This document shows, piece after piece, positions 1 through 13,441 of a stretch of 64,000 bases of DNA. This stretch comes from Squalus acanthias (taxonomy: Eukaryota): positions 155,932,001-155,996,000 of the forward strand of contig CM059431.1 in assembly GCA_030390025.1 (NCBI GenBank), read 5' to 3'. The position numbers and the translations under genes are program-made. Every line of letters begins with the position of its first letter. The stretch's first letter is position 1. Below the pieces are notes generated by a model. That model searched no databases. It was not told where the DNA came from and worked only from the letters and a program-made list of their open reading frames with translations.

Positions 1-1985
1 AATACTCGCGGGAAAGTGTTTGCCCCCATTTTGTTTTTAAGTTCTACCCATATGGCCTCATTAGAGTAAACTGCTAAGATATCATCCTTCCTTACAGCAG
101 CAATTGACTCCATGATTAATATTGCGATACCCCCTCCTCTTTTACACCCCCTCTGTCTCGCCTGAAGATTCTATACCCCGGAATATTGAGCTGCAAGTCC
201 TGCCCCTCCCTCAACCATGTCTCTGTGATAGCAACAATATCATACTCCCATGTGTTCATCAACACCTTTAATTCATCTCCCATACTCACAAGACTCCATG
301 CATTAAAATAAATGCCATCCAGCCTTGCCATACTCTCTTGTGCCGTTACATATTTGCTCTGCCTTCCAGGCTGACTTGTTTTTCCTCTGTATTTGGTTGT
401 GCATCAACCCCTACTATAGATCCACTCTTTATTCCCATCCTCCTGCCAAGTCAGTTTAAGCACCCCCCAAAATACTAGCAAACGATCTCGCAAGAATGAT
501 GGTCCAGTTCCGGTTCAGTTGCAACGCGTCTGACTTGTACAGGTCCCACCTTCCCCAGAAGCAGATCCAGTGATTCAGGAAACTAAAGCCCTCCCTCCTT
601 CACCAACTCTTCAGCCATGCATTTCTATGCTCTATCCTCCTATTCCTATACTCGCTAGAAAGTGGCACCGGAGTGAACCAGAGATTCAAACTTTGAGGTC
701 CTGCTTTTTAATCTGCTACCTAGCTCCCTAAATTATTGTTGCAGGACCTCATCCCTCTTTCTACCTATGTCGTTGATACCAATGTGAACCACGACCTATG
801 ACTGTTCGCCCTCCCCCTTCAGAATGCCCTGCAGCCATTCAGTGACATCCATGACCTTGGCACCAGTGAAGCAACATACCATCCTGGAGTCGAGTCTGTG
901 GCCACAGAAACGTCTATCTGTTCCCCTTACGATAGATTACCCTATCACTATTGCTTTCCCACTCTTTTTCCTCCCCTCCTGTGCAGCTGAGCCACTCGTA
1001 GTGCCACGGACTTGGCTCCTGCTGCTGTCCCCAGAGAAACCATCTCCCCCAGCAGTATCCAAAATTGAAAATCTGTTGGAAAGGGAGTTGGACCCAGGGG
1101 ACTCCTGCACTACCTTCCTAGGTCTTTTACTCTGTCTGGCGATCACCGATTTACTGTCTGCCTGTGCATTCTTTACCTGCGATGTGACCACCTCGTTAAA
1201 CGTGCTATCTACGAAGATCTCAGCTTCGCGGATCCTCACAGTGACTCCAGCCGCAGCTCCAGCTTCGAAACGCGGATTTCGAGTAGCTGCAGCCGGAGAC
1301 ACTTCCTGCAGAAATGATCGCCCTGAACACCTAAAGTGTCCCTGACTTCCCACACAGCACAGGAGGAGCTCACCACGGTGCTGAGCTGCCCTGCCATGTC
1401 ATACCCTTAATTTACTCACATTACTTCCTTTAAATTGAAGAATATTAAATACACTAGGGTCCTTACGTCCCTTTAAACACTACTTACTCTAAACTAGAGT
1501 CCTTCTTTCACTTTAACGACTGGACTGTAGAAATACTCATTATGGTCCTACTTACCAATCAGCTCCTTCCCTGGTTGTGACGTCACTTTTGCGGTTTCGC
1601 AGTTGTTGTATGACGACTCCGGCTCGGACTCTTTCCTTGTTGTAAAGTAAGAACCACTTCCTAACGGGTGAAAAATTAGGTAAAACTAAGGCTAAGCAAT
1701 GGAGCTCCTCCTTCCACTCCTCACCTAACTCGCTGACTCACCCAACTCACAGCACTCTGTTTAAACCGCACTTAGTGCAAACTCGAACTTCAAAGCCTTT
1801 TTTTATAGGTCCTGAAACAAAGGAGACTTGCTGAGCCCAGCTGCAGGAGAACCAGTTTAATCTCGTTTCCCAAATTAACTGCCTTCAGCTGTTCTGAAAT
1901 GTAGGCCTTGTATAGCCCTTTATAACCTTGCTTAAAGCTGGGAAATTTAGATTTTAAACAGTAAACAGTAACAGTAAATAGGACA
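1..1985 (-). mobile_element. CR1-type LINE copy A, 5' part (5' UTR, ORF1, start of ORF2 endonuclease); continues left of the window
   Basis: Minus ORF 116-331 gives an APE endonuclease N-terminus (YFNAWSL..YDIVAITETWL..LNIPGYRIFRRDR..GGV). Minus 937-1353 gives CR1 ORF1 (SLSNRFSIL..KAIVIG). The 5' boundary is approximate and set by where RT sequence of copy B begins. Confidence 0.85.
455..1397 (-). pseudogene. CR1 ORF1 (Cys-motif/coiled-coil plus SGNH-esterase type), frameshifted
   Basis: ATG at 1397 in the same context as the other ORF1 starts (6901, 23918). Colinear with the better-preserved ORF1 at 22967-23918 but broken by indels and stops. Confidence 0.75.
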
Positions 1986-3015
1986 GCCCTCTCAATCCCA
2001 GGGATCAACCTAGTGAACCTTCGTTGCATCGCCTCCATGGCAAGTGTATCCTTCTTCAGATAAAGAGACCAAAACTGTGCACAGCACTCCAGGTGTGGTC
2101 TCACCAAAGCCCGGTACAATGGTAGTAAGACGTCCTTATTGTGTAACTCCAACCCCCTTGCAATAAAGGCAAACATACCATTTGCCTTCCTAATTCTGAG
2201 CTTGCCTGCATGCTAACTATTTGCGTTTCCTGTACGATGACAGCTAATTCGCACTGAACACAAACATTTAATAGTTTCTCACCATTTAAAAAATATTCTG
2301 TTTTTCTATTCTTCCTACAAAAGTGAATAACCTCCCACTTCCCCACATTATACTTCAACTGCCACCTTATTGCCCATTCGCATAACCTGGCTCTATTCCT
2401 TTGCAGGCTCTTTGTGTCCAGCTCACAGCTTGCGTTCCCATCCAGCATTGAATCGTCAGAAAATTAGGATTCGTTGCACTTAGTCCCTTCATCTCAGTCA
2501 TTAACATAGATTGTAAATAGCTGAGGCCCAAGCAACGATCCTTGCGGCACTCTGCCAACCAGAAATTTGACCCGCTTATCCTTACTCTATTTTCTGTTCG
2601 TTAACAAATTCTCTATCCATGCAAATATATTACCCCAACCACATGAGCCCTTATGTTGCACAGCGCCCATTTATGCGACATCTTTTCAAAAGCCTTTTGG
2701 AAATCAGAATATACTACATCCACTGGTTCCCCTTTAGTACCCTGCTAGTTACATCCTCAAATTACTCTAATAAAATTGTCAAACACAATTTCCATTTCAT
2801 AAAGCGATGTTGACTCTGCATGATCATATGATGATTTTTAATTGCCCAATTACCACTGCATTAATAATGGATTCCAAAATTTTCCCGGCTACTGATCTCA
2901 GGTTTACTGGCCTCTGTTCTGTATTTTATCTGTCCCTCCTTTCATGAAGATCAAGGTTGCATTTATTAACTTCCAATCCGTTTGGAGCGTTCCAGAAGCT
3001 AGGGAATATTGGAAG
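1986..3015 (-). mobile_element. CR1 copy B, internal reverse-transcriptase fragment
   Basis: Minus ORFs encode LYRALVRPHLECCAQFWS..MQRRFTRLIPG and LCEWAIRWQLKYNVGKWEVIHF. The RT sequence stops at ~1986, where copy A sequence takes over. Confidence 0.85.
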
Positions 3016-3099
3016 ATCATGGAGCCATAGAGACAGAACGGCACAGAAAGAGGTAATTTTGCTCAACGAGTCCGCGCCGGCTCTCTGTAGAGCAATCCA

Positions 3100-5882
3100 G
3101 TCAGTTCCATTCCCCCGCTCTATCCCCGTAGCCCTGCAAGTTTATTTCCCTCAAGTGCCTATCCAGTCTCCGTTTGATAACATTGAGTGGCTCTGCTTCC
3201 ACCACGTCCGTCGACAGCGAATCTCAAGTCATCACCACCCGCTGTGTAAACAAGTTTTTCCTCACAACCCTCCTGTATCTCTTGCCCAAAACCTTAAATC
3301 TGTTTCCCTTAGTCCTTGTACCATCAGTTAGTAGGAGCCTCCTTCCACACTCTAGCCGATACAAACGCGTCATAATCTTGTACAACTCTATCAATTCACC
3401 CCTCAACCTCCTTTGCTCTAATGAAAACAAATCCAGCTTCTCCAACCTGTCCTTGCAGCTAAGATCTCCCATCACCGGAACCATTCTGGTAAATCTCCTC
3501 TGCACCCCATCTCAAGGGCCTTCACTTTCTTCCTAATGTGCGGTGACCAGAAATTAATGCAATAGTCCAGTAGTGTCCTTATCAGCTCTTTATAAATGTT
3601 CAGCATAAATTCTCTACTATTTTACTCAATACCTCTATTATGAAGCCCACGATCACATATCCTTTGTTAACCACTCTCTCAATATATCCTTCCACCTTCA
3701 CGGACCTATGTACGTTAACCCCCAGGTCCCACTCTCCATGCACAATCTTTAAAAATGTGCCATTAAGTGTATATTTCCTCTACCTGTTCCTTCTGCCAAA
3801 TGCATCACCTCACATTTCCCTGTATTTAAATCCCATCTGCAAATTTTCTGCCCTTTCTGCTAGCCTGTCAATGTCCTGTTGCAGTCGACTGGTATCATCA
3901 TCACTGTTTGCCACACTCCCAAGTTTGGTGTAATTTGCAAGTTTAGAAATTCTACTTTGTTTTCCAATATCCAGGTCATTTACATATATATATATATATA
4001 TAGCAGTGGCCCTAGCACTGACCCTTGCAGAACACCACTGTCTACCATCCTCCAATCTGAAAAGCAGCCATTTACCACAACTCGCTGTTTTCTGTCTTTA
4101 AGCCAATTCCTTATCCAAGCTGCCACTGACCAACCTATCCCATGAGCCTCAATTTTGTTAAACAACTTTCTATGCGGTACTTTGTCAAACGCATTCCGAA
4201 AATCCATGTAGATAACACCCATTGTATTCCCTTCATCAGTGCTCTCTGTTACTTCATTCAGAAAAATCATTTACAAATCCGTGTTGCCTCTCCTTAATTA
4301 GCTCAAACCTGTCCAAGTGCCCGTTAAATTTTTCCTTGATTATTGTTTCTAATACTTTTGCACACCACTGATGTTAAACTGACCGGTCTGTAGTTACCAG
4401 GTTGTCCTTAAACCATTCATTGAACAATGCTGTTACATTTGCCACTTTCCAATCCTCAGGCACATTCCCGCATCTGGGGCAGATTGGAAAATTATTGCAA
4501 GCACATCCGCTGTCTCCTCCCCAATTCTCTTAGTAAACTGGGATGCAAGCCACCTGGAACAGGCGACTGATCCACTCTAAGCATATCCAGCCTTTCTAGT
4601 GCATCCTCCTTATCAATTTTCACCCTTCCATTGTTTCTAACTATTCCTCTTCTACCGATATGTTGTCAGCATCCAAATCCTGAGTAAACACCGATACAAA
4701 GTGCTCATTGAATATTCTTGCCGTGCCCCGCGCCTCTAAGCAGATATGACCTTCTTTGTCTGTAATAGGCCCCACCCTGCTATTTACTATCCACTTACTG
4801 TTTACCTGCCAGTAGAAGATTTTTGGGTTCCCTTGTATGTTTAACCGCCATTCTACTCTCATATTCTCTCTTTGCCAATCGTATTTTCCTCTTCACATCC
4901 CCTCTCAACTTATTGTATTTGGTCTGGTTCTCCCTTGAATAATTCCCCTGACATGCATCATACACCCTCTTTTTTGTTGCATCATCTTCTCTATCTCCAT
5001 CGTCATCCAATGAGCCCTTGGTTTGGTTCCCTTACCCTTCCCTCTTGTTGGAATGTACCACGCCTGTACTTGGAACATCTCCTACTTAAAGATCACACAT
5101 TATTCCGTTACAGTTTTTTGTCAGTCTTTGATTCCATTTTACCCTGGCTAGATCCGTTCGCATCCCATTGAAGTTAGCCCTATTCATATTTAGAAGTTCC
5201 ACACTAGATTATCCCTTGCTCCTTTCCATTGCTAATCTAACTCTTATGATACGATGATCACTCGTACCCAAGTGTTCTCCCACAAAACAATTGTCAAACT
5301 GGCCCACCTCATTCCCCAGCATCAGATCCAGCAAAATCTCATTCCTAGTTGGGCCAAGAGCATATGGGTCAAGGAAATCCTCCTGAACACATTTCAGAAA
5401 TTCTACCGCCTCCTTTCCCTTTAACCTAGAATTATCCCAATCGATATATGTGTAATTAAAGTCCCCCAATATCACCACTCTATAGCTCTTACATATCTCT
5501 GCGATTTCCCTGCAGATTTGCTCCTCTACCTCCATTTCACTATTTGGAGGCCTATAGAATACCCGCAATAGCTGATCATACTCATTTTGCTCTTCAACTG
5601 TAACAAAATGGATTATGTCCTTTTCCCCTCAAGAACATCCTCCCTTTCCAAAATTGCAATGTCTTCCTTAATCAGCACTGCCACCCCACCTCCTTTTTTT
5701 CCTTCCCTACCTTTTCTGACCACTTTGTACCCTTTAATATTAATTGCCCAGTCCTCACCGTTTTTAATCCACGTTTCCGTTGTTGCCACATCATCATATT
5801 GCCACACTGCTAATTGTGCTTGTTGCTCACCAAATTTATTCACCACACTTTGTGCGATTACGCAGATGCATTCTAAAGCCAT
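3100..5882 (-). pseudogene. CR1 ORF2 (APE endonuclease plus reverse transcriptase), multiply disrupted
   Basis: Ordered minus-strand ORF fragments 5613-5882, 5209-5568, 4641-5010, 3980-4270, 3810-4055 and 3224-3505 carry EN and RT motifs in different frames. Confidence 0.85.
3985..4002. repeat. (TA)n microsatellite expanded inside the CR1 RT region
   Basis: tacatatatatatatatatatag, directly visible. It falls in the LF-x-IY-x-NDL segment of RT. Confidence 0.9.
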
Positions 5883-6044
5883 TTTTGCATTTTTCGTAGA
5901 AATTCTATGTCTGCTCCTATCTAATATGTTACTACTACCGCCTCTAGTGCTATCTCCTCTAGTACTATCCTACACACTCACTCTTTTATACAACTTTTTC
6001 CTCTTTTCTACTCATATATGCAGGTGCCCATCGCCCTCCAAGCT

Positions 6045-6901
6045 AGTATAAACCCTCCCCAACAGCGGTAACAAACCTCCCCGCGAGAATATTGGTCCTG
6101 GCTCTGTTGAGGTGCAATTCTTCCATCTTGAACAGGTCCCACCTTCCCCAGAAACGGTCCTACTGCCTCAGGAATTTAAAGCCCTCCCGCCTGCATCATC
6201 TCTCCAGCCATGTATTCATCTGTTCTATCCTCCTGTTCCTTTACTCACTAGCACGTGGCACCGCGAGTAATCCGGAGACTACTACCGTTGAAGTCCTGCT
6301 TTTTAACCTCTCTCCGAGCTCCCTGAACACTGCCTGCAGGACCTCATATATCTTTCTGACTATGTCGTTGGTATCGATATGGCTGACGACCTCTGGCTGT
6401 TCACCCTCTCCCCTCAGAGTGTCCTGCAGCCGGTCAGTGACATCCTTGACCTTGGCACCAGGGAGGCGACATACCAACCTAGAGTCAAGTCACGGACGCA
6501 GAAAAGCCTCTCTGATCTTCTACCTATCGAATCGCCGACCAGTATTGCTCTTCCAATCATTTCCCTCCAACAACCACCACCCCCCCCTCCCCACACGCAG
6601 AGCAGCTGAGCAAAGCGTGAAGCCGTGGACTTGAATCTGTCTGCACTCACCAGAGGAACGATCGCCCCACCACTATTCACAACAGAATACTGGTTGGAGG
6701 GCGCGAGGCACTCCGAGCACTCCTGCACTCGCGGATGCACTGCAGTGAGCCCAGCCGCCGCTCAAGCTCCGAAACCCGGAGCTCAGTTTGCTGTAGCTGG
6801 CGACATTTCCCGCACATGTGGTCGTCCAGGCTTCGCAAAGAGTCCAGGAGTTCCCACATGGCACAGGATGTGCACTCCATGAGACTGAGCTGCTCTGCCA
6901 T
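6045..6901 (-). pseudogene. CR1 ORF1, frameshifted
   Basis: MAEQLSLMECTSCAMWE..CGKCRQLQQTELRVSELERRL (CxxC..CxxC plus heptads), then AILVGDSI and MVCRLPGAKVKDV..HIDTND (SGNH esterase blocks) in different frames. Confidence 0.85.
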
Positions 6902-7362
6902 GCCTCTATTTAATAGATTAAGAACTAACCGCGCAAAAATTAACTTTAAACTTAACAAAAAACACTTCCCAGCTACACATCAATCAGCTCTTTCCCTCTA
7001 TTTATTGGGCTATTAATTAACTTAGAAGAAATAAACGTATAAATTAAAAAAATACAGTCACCAGCTACTCTGAAGACAGTTCTTTCCCTTAGGCCGAAGT
7101 CACATATTTTACACTGATGTCACTTTTTCAAAAACTGCCTCTGTTAGCGTTGCTGCTGCTCCTTTAATCTGCTCTCTCTCGCTCTGCTCCCTCCTGCTCC
7201 CCTCCTTCCGCTCAACAATAATTAAGTTTTAAAGGAACGAGTCTCTACGTTTAAAATTAAATTTGCTGGGCTACAGAGGGTGTTTGGCAGACTTGTTATG
7301 CCGTTAAAATTGCCTTACACCTGATTGTAACCTTTTCTAGCATGTTTATTGGGTAACTAGTG

Positions 7363-7530
7363 GGTAAATACAGCAACTTCTAGACCTTACATGGAATTTA
7401 GTGCAGAATCTATCGAGGTGGTACAGTGCAGAGCAGCTTCTCGATGAGCAGGGAAAATCGAAAAGCAATTTCTGGATGTCTGCGTTTAACAGTGCATGTA
7501 CGGATTCCGGAAGTTGCTGTCCAATTTACC
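7363..7530. repeat. Imperfect inverted repeat (~35-bp arms, ~100-bp spacer)
   Basis: GGTAAAT-ACAGCAACTTC-TAGACCTTACATG (7363-7395) versus CATGTACGGATTCCG-GAAGTTGCTGT-CCA-ATTTACC (7495-7530). The 11-bp core ACAGCAACTTC/GAAGTTGCTGT is perfect. Confidence 0.6.
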
Positions 7531-7751
7531 ATAGAGCAAAGGTGAGTGTTGTTAGCATCAACGTTTATTCTACAGCAAAATCCGTGCCATAGATATGAAT
7601 GGAAAATAATTACGTAATCATCAATAATTTAGATACAACATGACTGTGTCATTTTGATTTCCACAATTACATGAATCTGAGTGTAAAACTCAAAGGGTAT
7701 GGGAGGAGAAAGGCATAAGGGGTATCTCTATTAAATAAATTCAAATTATCT

Positions 7752-7995
7752 ACAACAAAACAACTTGCATTGATATGGCGCCTTTAAATTGGCAAAATAA
7801 ATAATGTAAAGCAAATAAAGGAAGTTTTAATCCGCCAAGAACACACACATCCAGGCCATAGAAAGAGATAATGAGGTTTAAAGAAGGCTGACAGCAAGTG
7901 TAGTCAGAAAGTGAATTTTAAGCAGATGCTTAAGGAATGAAAGGCGAGGCAGATGCGGACGAGATTAGAGAGAGGATCCCAGCTCGTGTGCCATT
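7752..7995 (-). mobile_element. Old L2-like LINE 3'-end fragment
   Basis: Begins AACAACTTGCATTGATATGGCGCCTTTA, which resembles the reverse complement of fish/elasmobranch L2 3' ends, followed by a purine-rich stretch of matching character. Recognised from memory; no database search. Confidence 0.45.
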
Positions 7996-8512
7996 TGCCT
8001 CTATCTCCACGTGCATTGCAACTGTTTTTATTCTATTTGTACATCCTCCATCATGAATGTGCGCAAATTTGTCGGCTGTGTTTTTCTCAGACGACGGGAA
8101 GTCATCGTTTTTCTGCGAAAGTCGTTCCAACATCTGCAATTAATAGGGCCAACTAAACTATAACTGTAAATTTCCAGTAGCGGAGAGTTTTGCATCGTTA
8201 TTTCATTGTTACAGAATCATCTATCACTGAAAATTACAGAACATGAGCTGTTGTTATCCAAATATTAATGGAGGAACAAAATATCTGAACCAAATGTAAA
8301 AGATGCTTCTGCGTTACATTCGGGTTTTCGTAATTCTACCTGATTTTTATTCGATATTTTGATATCCTCTACGTTCACCATTTTTAATTATCGGATGACA
8401 TTACCATGTGCATTTCAGAACATTTCCTAAAAAACGGATTGAAAAATTATCCGAGAACTATGCGAGCTGTGGTTGTGCTGACGGTGCACTAGGGGTTAAC
8501 ATAGTGATGTAA

Positions 8513-8630
8513 GTAAATAAGAAATAGGAGCAGGAGTCGGCCTTTAGGCCATTCAAGCCTCTCGGCCATTCAATAAGCCCATGGCTGATCTTTTACCTCA
8601 TCTCCTATTTTCTGCACTATACCCATATCC
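8513..8630 (-). mobile_element. Short 5'-truncated CR1 3' tail
   Basis: TAAGAAATAGGAGCAGGAGTCGGCC..GCCATTCAATAAG..ATGGCTGATC, homologous to the other CR1 3' ends in the window. Confidence 0.75.
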
Positions 8631-9495
8631 ATAAGAACATGAGAACATAAGAAACAGGAGCATGAGTAGGCCATTAGGCCCCTCGAGCCTGCCCGCCATT
8701 CAATAATGTAATGGCCGAACTGATCTTGGCCTCAACGCCACTTACCCGCCCGCTCCCCAGAACCCTTGTATCATCTGAAGCTCAAACATATGTCTATCTC
8801 CACCTTGAATATATTTAATGATTGCGCTTCCACTGCTCTCTGGGGTAGAGAATTAAAAATATGACGACCTTCTGAGAGAAGAAATTTCTCATCATCTCTG
8901 TTTTAAACGGGCGACACCTCATCCTGAAACTATGCCCCCTAGTTCCAGATTCCCGCACGAGATCCTCCATGCATCTAGCCTATCAAGCCCCCACAGAATC
9001 TTATATGTTTCAATAAGATCACCTCTCATTCTTCTAAACTCCAAATGAGTATATGCCTTACCTGCTCAACCTTTCTTCACAAGACAACCCATTCATCTCA
9101 GGAATTAACCAAGTGAAACTTCTCTGAACTGCATCCAATGTAAGTATATCCCTCCTTAAATAAGGAGATCAAACATGCACGCAGTACTCCAGTTGTGGTC
9201 TCACCAGCGCCCTGTAAACTTGTAGCAAGACTTCCCTACTTTTATACTCCAACCCCCTTGCAATAAAGGCCAACTTTCCAATTTCCTTCCTAATTACTTC
9301 CTGTAACAGCATCCTAACTTTTCGTGTTTCATGTACGAGGACAACAAGATCTCTCTGTAACGCAGCATTTTGTAGTCTCTCTCAATTTAAATAATAATTT
9401 GCATCTTTATTTTTCTACCAAAGTCGATAACCTCACATTTTCCCACATTATACTCCACCTGCCAATGTTTTGCCCACTAACTTAACCTATCTATA
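8631..9495 (-). mobile_element. 5'-truncated CR1 (3' UTR plus RT C-terminus)
   Basis: Tail repeat ATAAGAAC-ATGAGAAC-ATAAGAAAC, then sequence colinear with CR1 copy B (e.g. TACTCCAACCCCCTTGCAATAAAGGC at both 9246 and ~2146). Confidence 0.85.
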
Positions 9496-9715
9496 TATAT
9501 AATATCACAGCTCAAATCTGTGCAGTACAGATCAGATGTTTACAAGCACAATAGATGACCCTGACTGGCTCCAAAGCCATTATATTTTACGATTAGCTCA
9601 GATGCCTGGTTAATGAAATCACTTCACAACAGCTATGCAAACTAAACATGTTTTAAAATAGTAAAGTTAAATTTTAACAAATTTTACTGTTGACAATTCT
9701 AATAACTGTGTAAAC

Positions 9716-10621
9716 TGTACGAAAGGCTGATAGAGAGAGATATTTACTAGACGAGAACAATATAAATACAAATTAAAGTGTAGCCATTGACCAATTAATA
9801 TTACGCATAATTACTGCCGTGTAAGTAACAAGCTAAAACTTGTTCTAAATGCAACTGCAAAGACAGTCAAAAGCAGTTTTGACTAAGTTCTGATAACAAA
9901 CAGCTACAGGCTGCGATTGATGGTTAAATTGCTAAATAACATATTATGATGCGAAGTAGAAATTAGAATGTGCTTAACAAAACTAATTGCAAAGATATTT
10001 AAAAAATAATTAATATATGGACATAAAATGAGAGAGATCATGGAGATAAGGTTTTTATCTGGTAGATTAAAGTGAGATAGTCTGGATACCTCAAGAAAAG
10101 TGAAACAGGGCTGATATGGGCCCATGGTATAAAGGCCTTGCACCAGGGAGGCAGGAACTTAAAGAAAAATGGTAATTTCCAATGTGGTGAAAAACAATAT
10201 ACAAGATAACAAGACAGCAGGACAGGTTTGACGGAAAAATACTGGAAAGGCGGGATGCTACATTGCTCTGAGTGACAATGTTATTTTGACCAATATAACC
10301 AATTAAAAAAGGTAATTTTGTTAAAGACCATATATGGACACTGGCCAAGCCAACTTTTGAAAAGAAAAGGGTTAAAACCTCAATACTTAAAGAACAACTT
10401 TACACAGACCCACTGCGAGAACAAAGGAAGAGCATTAAGACGACATCATCTTTGTCAAAGTGTTTCCAGAGACCACGGGCTGCGAGCTACTCGTTAAAAT
10501 TAGCGCCAAATGTTAAGTATATTACTTTGCAAGCTTAAAAAATCTTGATCTATTGCTCAAACATACTGGCTGCTGTCTATTGGTGTCTTGTCCAAGAACT
10601 CAGAGATGATTAAATGTTACA
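9716..10621 (+). repeat. 5' LTR (~906 bp)
   Basis: Starts TGTACGAAAGGCTGAT and ends AATGTTACA. Aligns along its length to the downstream copy; about 15% mismatch in a 150-bp segment counted by eye. Confidence 0.85.
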
Positions 10622-10624
10622 AAT

Positions 10625-10642
10625 ATGCACCCCAGATGGGAC
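10625..10642 (+). promoter_or_regulatory. Primer-binding site, tRNA-Arg(CCU)-like
   Basis: ATGCACCCCAGATGGGAC lies 3 nt after the LTR end. It matches 16/18 with TGGCACCCCAGATGGGAC, the complement of the 3' end of a vertebrate tRNA-Arg-CCT as I recall it. Confidence 0.7.
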
Positions 10643-13441
10643 AAGATAAAGCGGCTAGTATTGTGTAATAGATCAGAATTTGAATCTAGCTTACTGATCA
10701 GCTGCTGCTCTTGAGAAAGGATAAACCCCGTGGGGAGTGGGCAGTGACCGTGAATTGCACGCCAATAGTTATTGATGTTAGAGGTCTGTTAGAAAAATCG
10801 CCAAAAGGCTAGAAAATGTGTTGTTAATGCAAATAAGAGTAAGTTAGACAGAGGCGCCTGTGCAGAGGAAGTAAAGTTATTATTGACGGAACGTTTAACC
10901 AAAGGAGACCGAGTCCCCTTTGAAGAAGTGATAAACTTTATTCCGGAACGTGTGAATCAGAAAAAAAACACAATGAGTTAAGAGAGAAACATAGCCAGGT
11001 GTTTTGGCATAAAGTGCAGGAGAGAGATGGAGAGATAAAGAAGGAAAAATATATAATTTGCAGGCTAACCAATCTGAAAACTCAGCAAAGGAAGGAAAAA
11101 AACAGGGATTTCGAAAGCCAGGAAAAGCTGCTGAGCTGCCGATTTAAAAAGAGGGGAAAAGAAGAGAAATTTTAAATTTCACCGACAGGGAAGATATTAA
11201 CTTCTGTGACGAGACAAATAAAACACAAGATTTGCTGCGTGAAAGGAACCTTTAAAAATCCTGCAATTTCAGTTTGTGTTAAAGTGTGCGTTAAAGTGTG
11301 AACGTTTTCCTGACTATGAATGTTTAAGAAGTTACAGAATTATTTTTGCATGGAAGTCTGTCTTTAAAAGAAAGATTCTGCTATGTGTGTTTTAGCTCCA
11401 CCCACATCTCCGTGTTAAAAGCGATTAAAACTTATGTCTTTTCTTGGATGTTGGAAATTTTAAGAATGTGTCAATAAGATTGTGCACCCAGAATTTTAAA
11501 AAAAAACTTTGATCTACAATTTAAGTTAAGCTGGTTTGTAAAAACGTAGAAGTACAAATAAAAGTTTATTGAACAAAAGATTAAGTTCCAGTCTAAGATT
11601 TAACCTTTGAATCATGCTTGCTATGGTGACATTTTCCAAAGCAGTTTGATTTGATTTGATTAAAAGTGGAAAACCATTTTTTCTCCAGTTATATTCAATG
11701 TTTTTACAGTATTTTAGGAAAACATCTGAAGAAAGGACAAATGAAATATGACAAAATTTAATGTTTTCTGCAAGCATGTGCTATTTTATTTTGTTTTATC
11801 TGTTCTGTTCATGTTCAGATAATAAAATGTTGATCTGAATTAGATTGGAATTATTAAAGGTAATTAACCTGTTAAATTGTGAAAACACAACTGTCCTTTT
11901 CGAGCGGGAAAGTTTTTAAAAATGTATTTGAAGTGACGCAATTGCGTGCGCCTGAAAAATTTTCGCTCCACCTTCTTAAAAAGCTGCAAAGGAGTTAACC
12001 CTTTGCACTGACAGCTGTTTAGGATCACCAAGCAACAATTTTAGTATGACATTTAACGATATTGGACATTATTAAATTTAAGTTTCTTAATTTTAAGTTT
12101 TTATTTCCCCACACTGGCAGAAGGAAAATTATGATTTGATTAATGAACCCCTTGAGCGCTAGGCAGAGTCACAATGGATGTCCATCTTTCTTTTGTTATA
12201 TGGAAGTTACCTTGTAAACTAATTGCAGCACTTCTGTATCTAATATTAAAACACTGTGCAAGCCACCTAGCCTGGGAATCACTTGTTTCTGAAATTAGAA
12301 ATGGAAGATAAATTGATAGAAATTAAATTGAACATTGAGAAAATCTGTCAGATCAACAATACTGCTGTTTGCATTTTGGGATAATTTTGTAATAACAAAA
12401 TGGACTCAGGCACTATATATCCGGGTTACTTCTGGGAAAAGAAAATAACCTCTAAAATAATGATAAAGAAAAAGTGATAATAACTTGGACCAAGTGAAAA
12501 TGTTTGATCTATGTTTTCAATCTTAAATATTTAACTGGACAGTAGCGTTCCTCCAGGGCTCATGAATGAGATAGGAATGGTAATTAATGGGATGTGTAAA
12601 ATGGAGAGAGGAAGTGATTGAGGGTGTGAAATAGAAACAGGAGTATTACACCACCTTTTGGGAATTTGCCAAAGTTTCCAATAAGAGTCAGGAAAGTGTA
12701 GTTAAGAATAGTAAATTGATAGCTTTCTCTTGGAGACATTTGTGTCCCTGCCTATAATGGACTTTTTAAGAAAACTCAATTTAATAGTCTGGCTAATATC
12801 CAAGGCATCAGAACCATGCGGTGGAAGATGAACAAAGAACTCCAGACCATCTTTTGATAAGATCAGCTAAAAACCCGAGAAAGGCTTCTGTTTGATTGCA
12901 CTTGTGGCACAATATTGAGATACCGATATGAGTGTGCAAATGTAATTTGTTACGTTTGAATCAATTACCATCCTCAAATGCGTGGTGAATCTGCACTGAA
13001 GAACAGGTATCAGACATGCTCGGTTACTTTACAACAGCAAGACATGAAATGTTTAATGTGGCTCTGGAGAGCGAGACAAATTTTAAAGCATTAAGACATA
13101 CTCCATCGAGAAACTCTATAATTAATGAAACAATCAGAATAGAGTTAAACACACTGGTACTTGTATGAGGGAATGAAATTGAAGTTGAAGTGGAGAGTTA
13201 CATGGAATTTGGATTGGGACAATTGAGGGCTAAGGATTAATCATGTTTACTAAGAATTGTCCACAAGATGGATACGAGTAAAAGAGATATCTGGAGAACC
13301 TTTTAAGTTCATGATTTCTTGATTAAATGTTAAACTGTAATGTTGCTTGAAATGATTCTAAGACTGAATTTAACTGTTGCTGTGTTTTGTAGATAATAGA
13401 GGGTGGGAAAAACCAGTACGAATCCAGTATGAGGTGGTTTT

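Larger units (their letters stand above)
3017..7210 (-). mobile_element. CR1 copy C, essentially full-length but decayed
   Basis: From right to left: 5' UTR, ORF1 (6901 to ~6045), endonuclease (5882-5209: VATTETW, ILGDFN, SDH), RT (VIYMDFRNAFDKVPH, GVLQGSVLGPLL, LANYTKL), C-terminus (LFSLEQRRLRGELIELYKI) and 3' tail near 3020. Confidence 0.9.

Noticed and set aside
7210..8510. Host exon in the non-LINE gap (ORFs 7401-7592, 7930-8139, 7953-8156)
   Set aside because: Short ORFs with no recognisable domain, partly overlapping repeat fragments. A small exon cannot be excluded without RNA data.
10643..12900. gag or pol remnants in the LTR element interior
   Set aside because: No YxDD, protease, integrase or zinc-knuckle motif could be read in the frames I examined. 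The purine-rich 10.7-11.2 kb stretch may be decayed gag, but I cannot support it.
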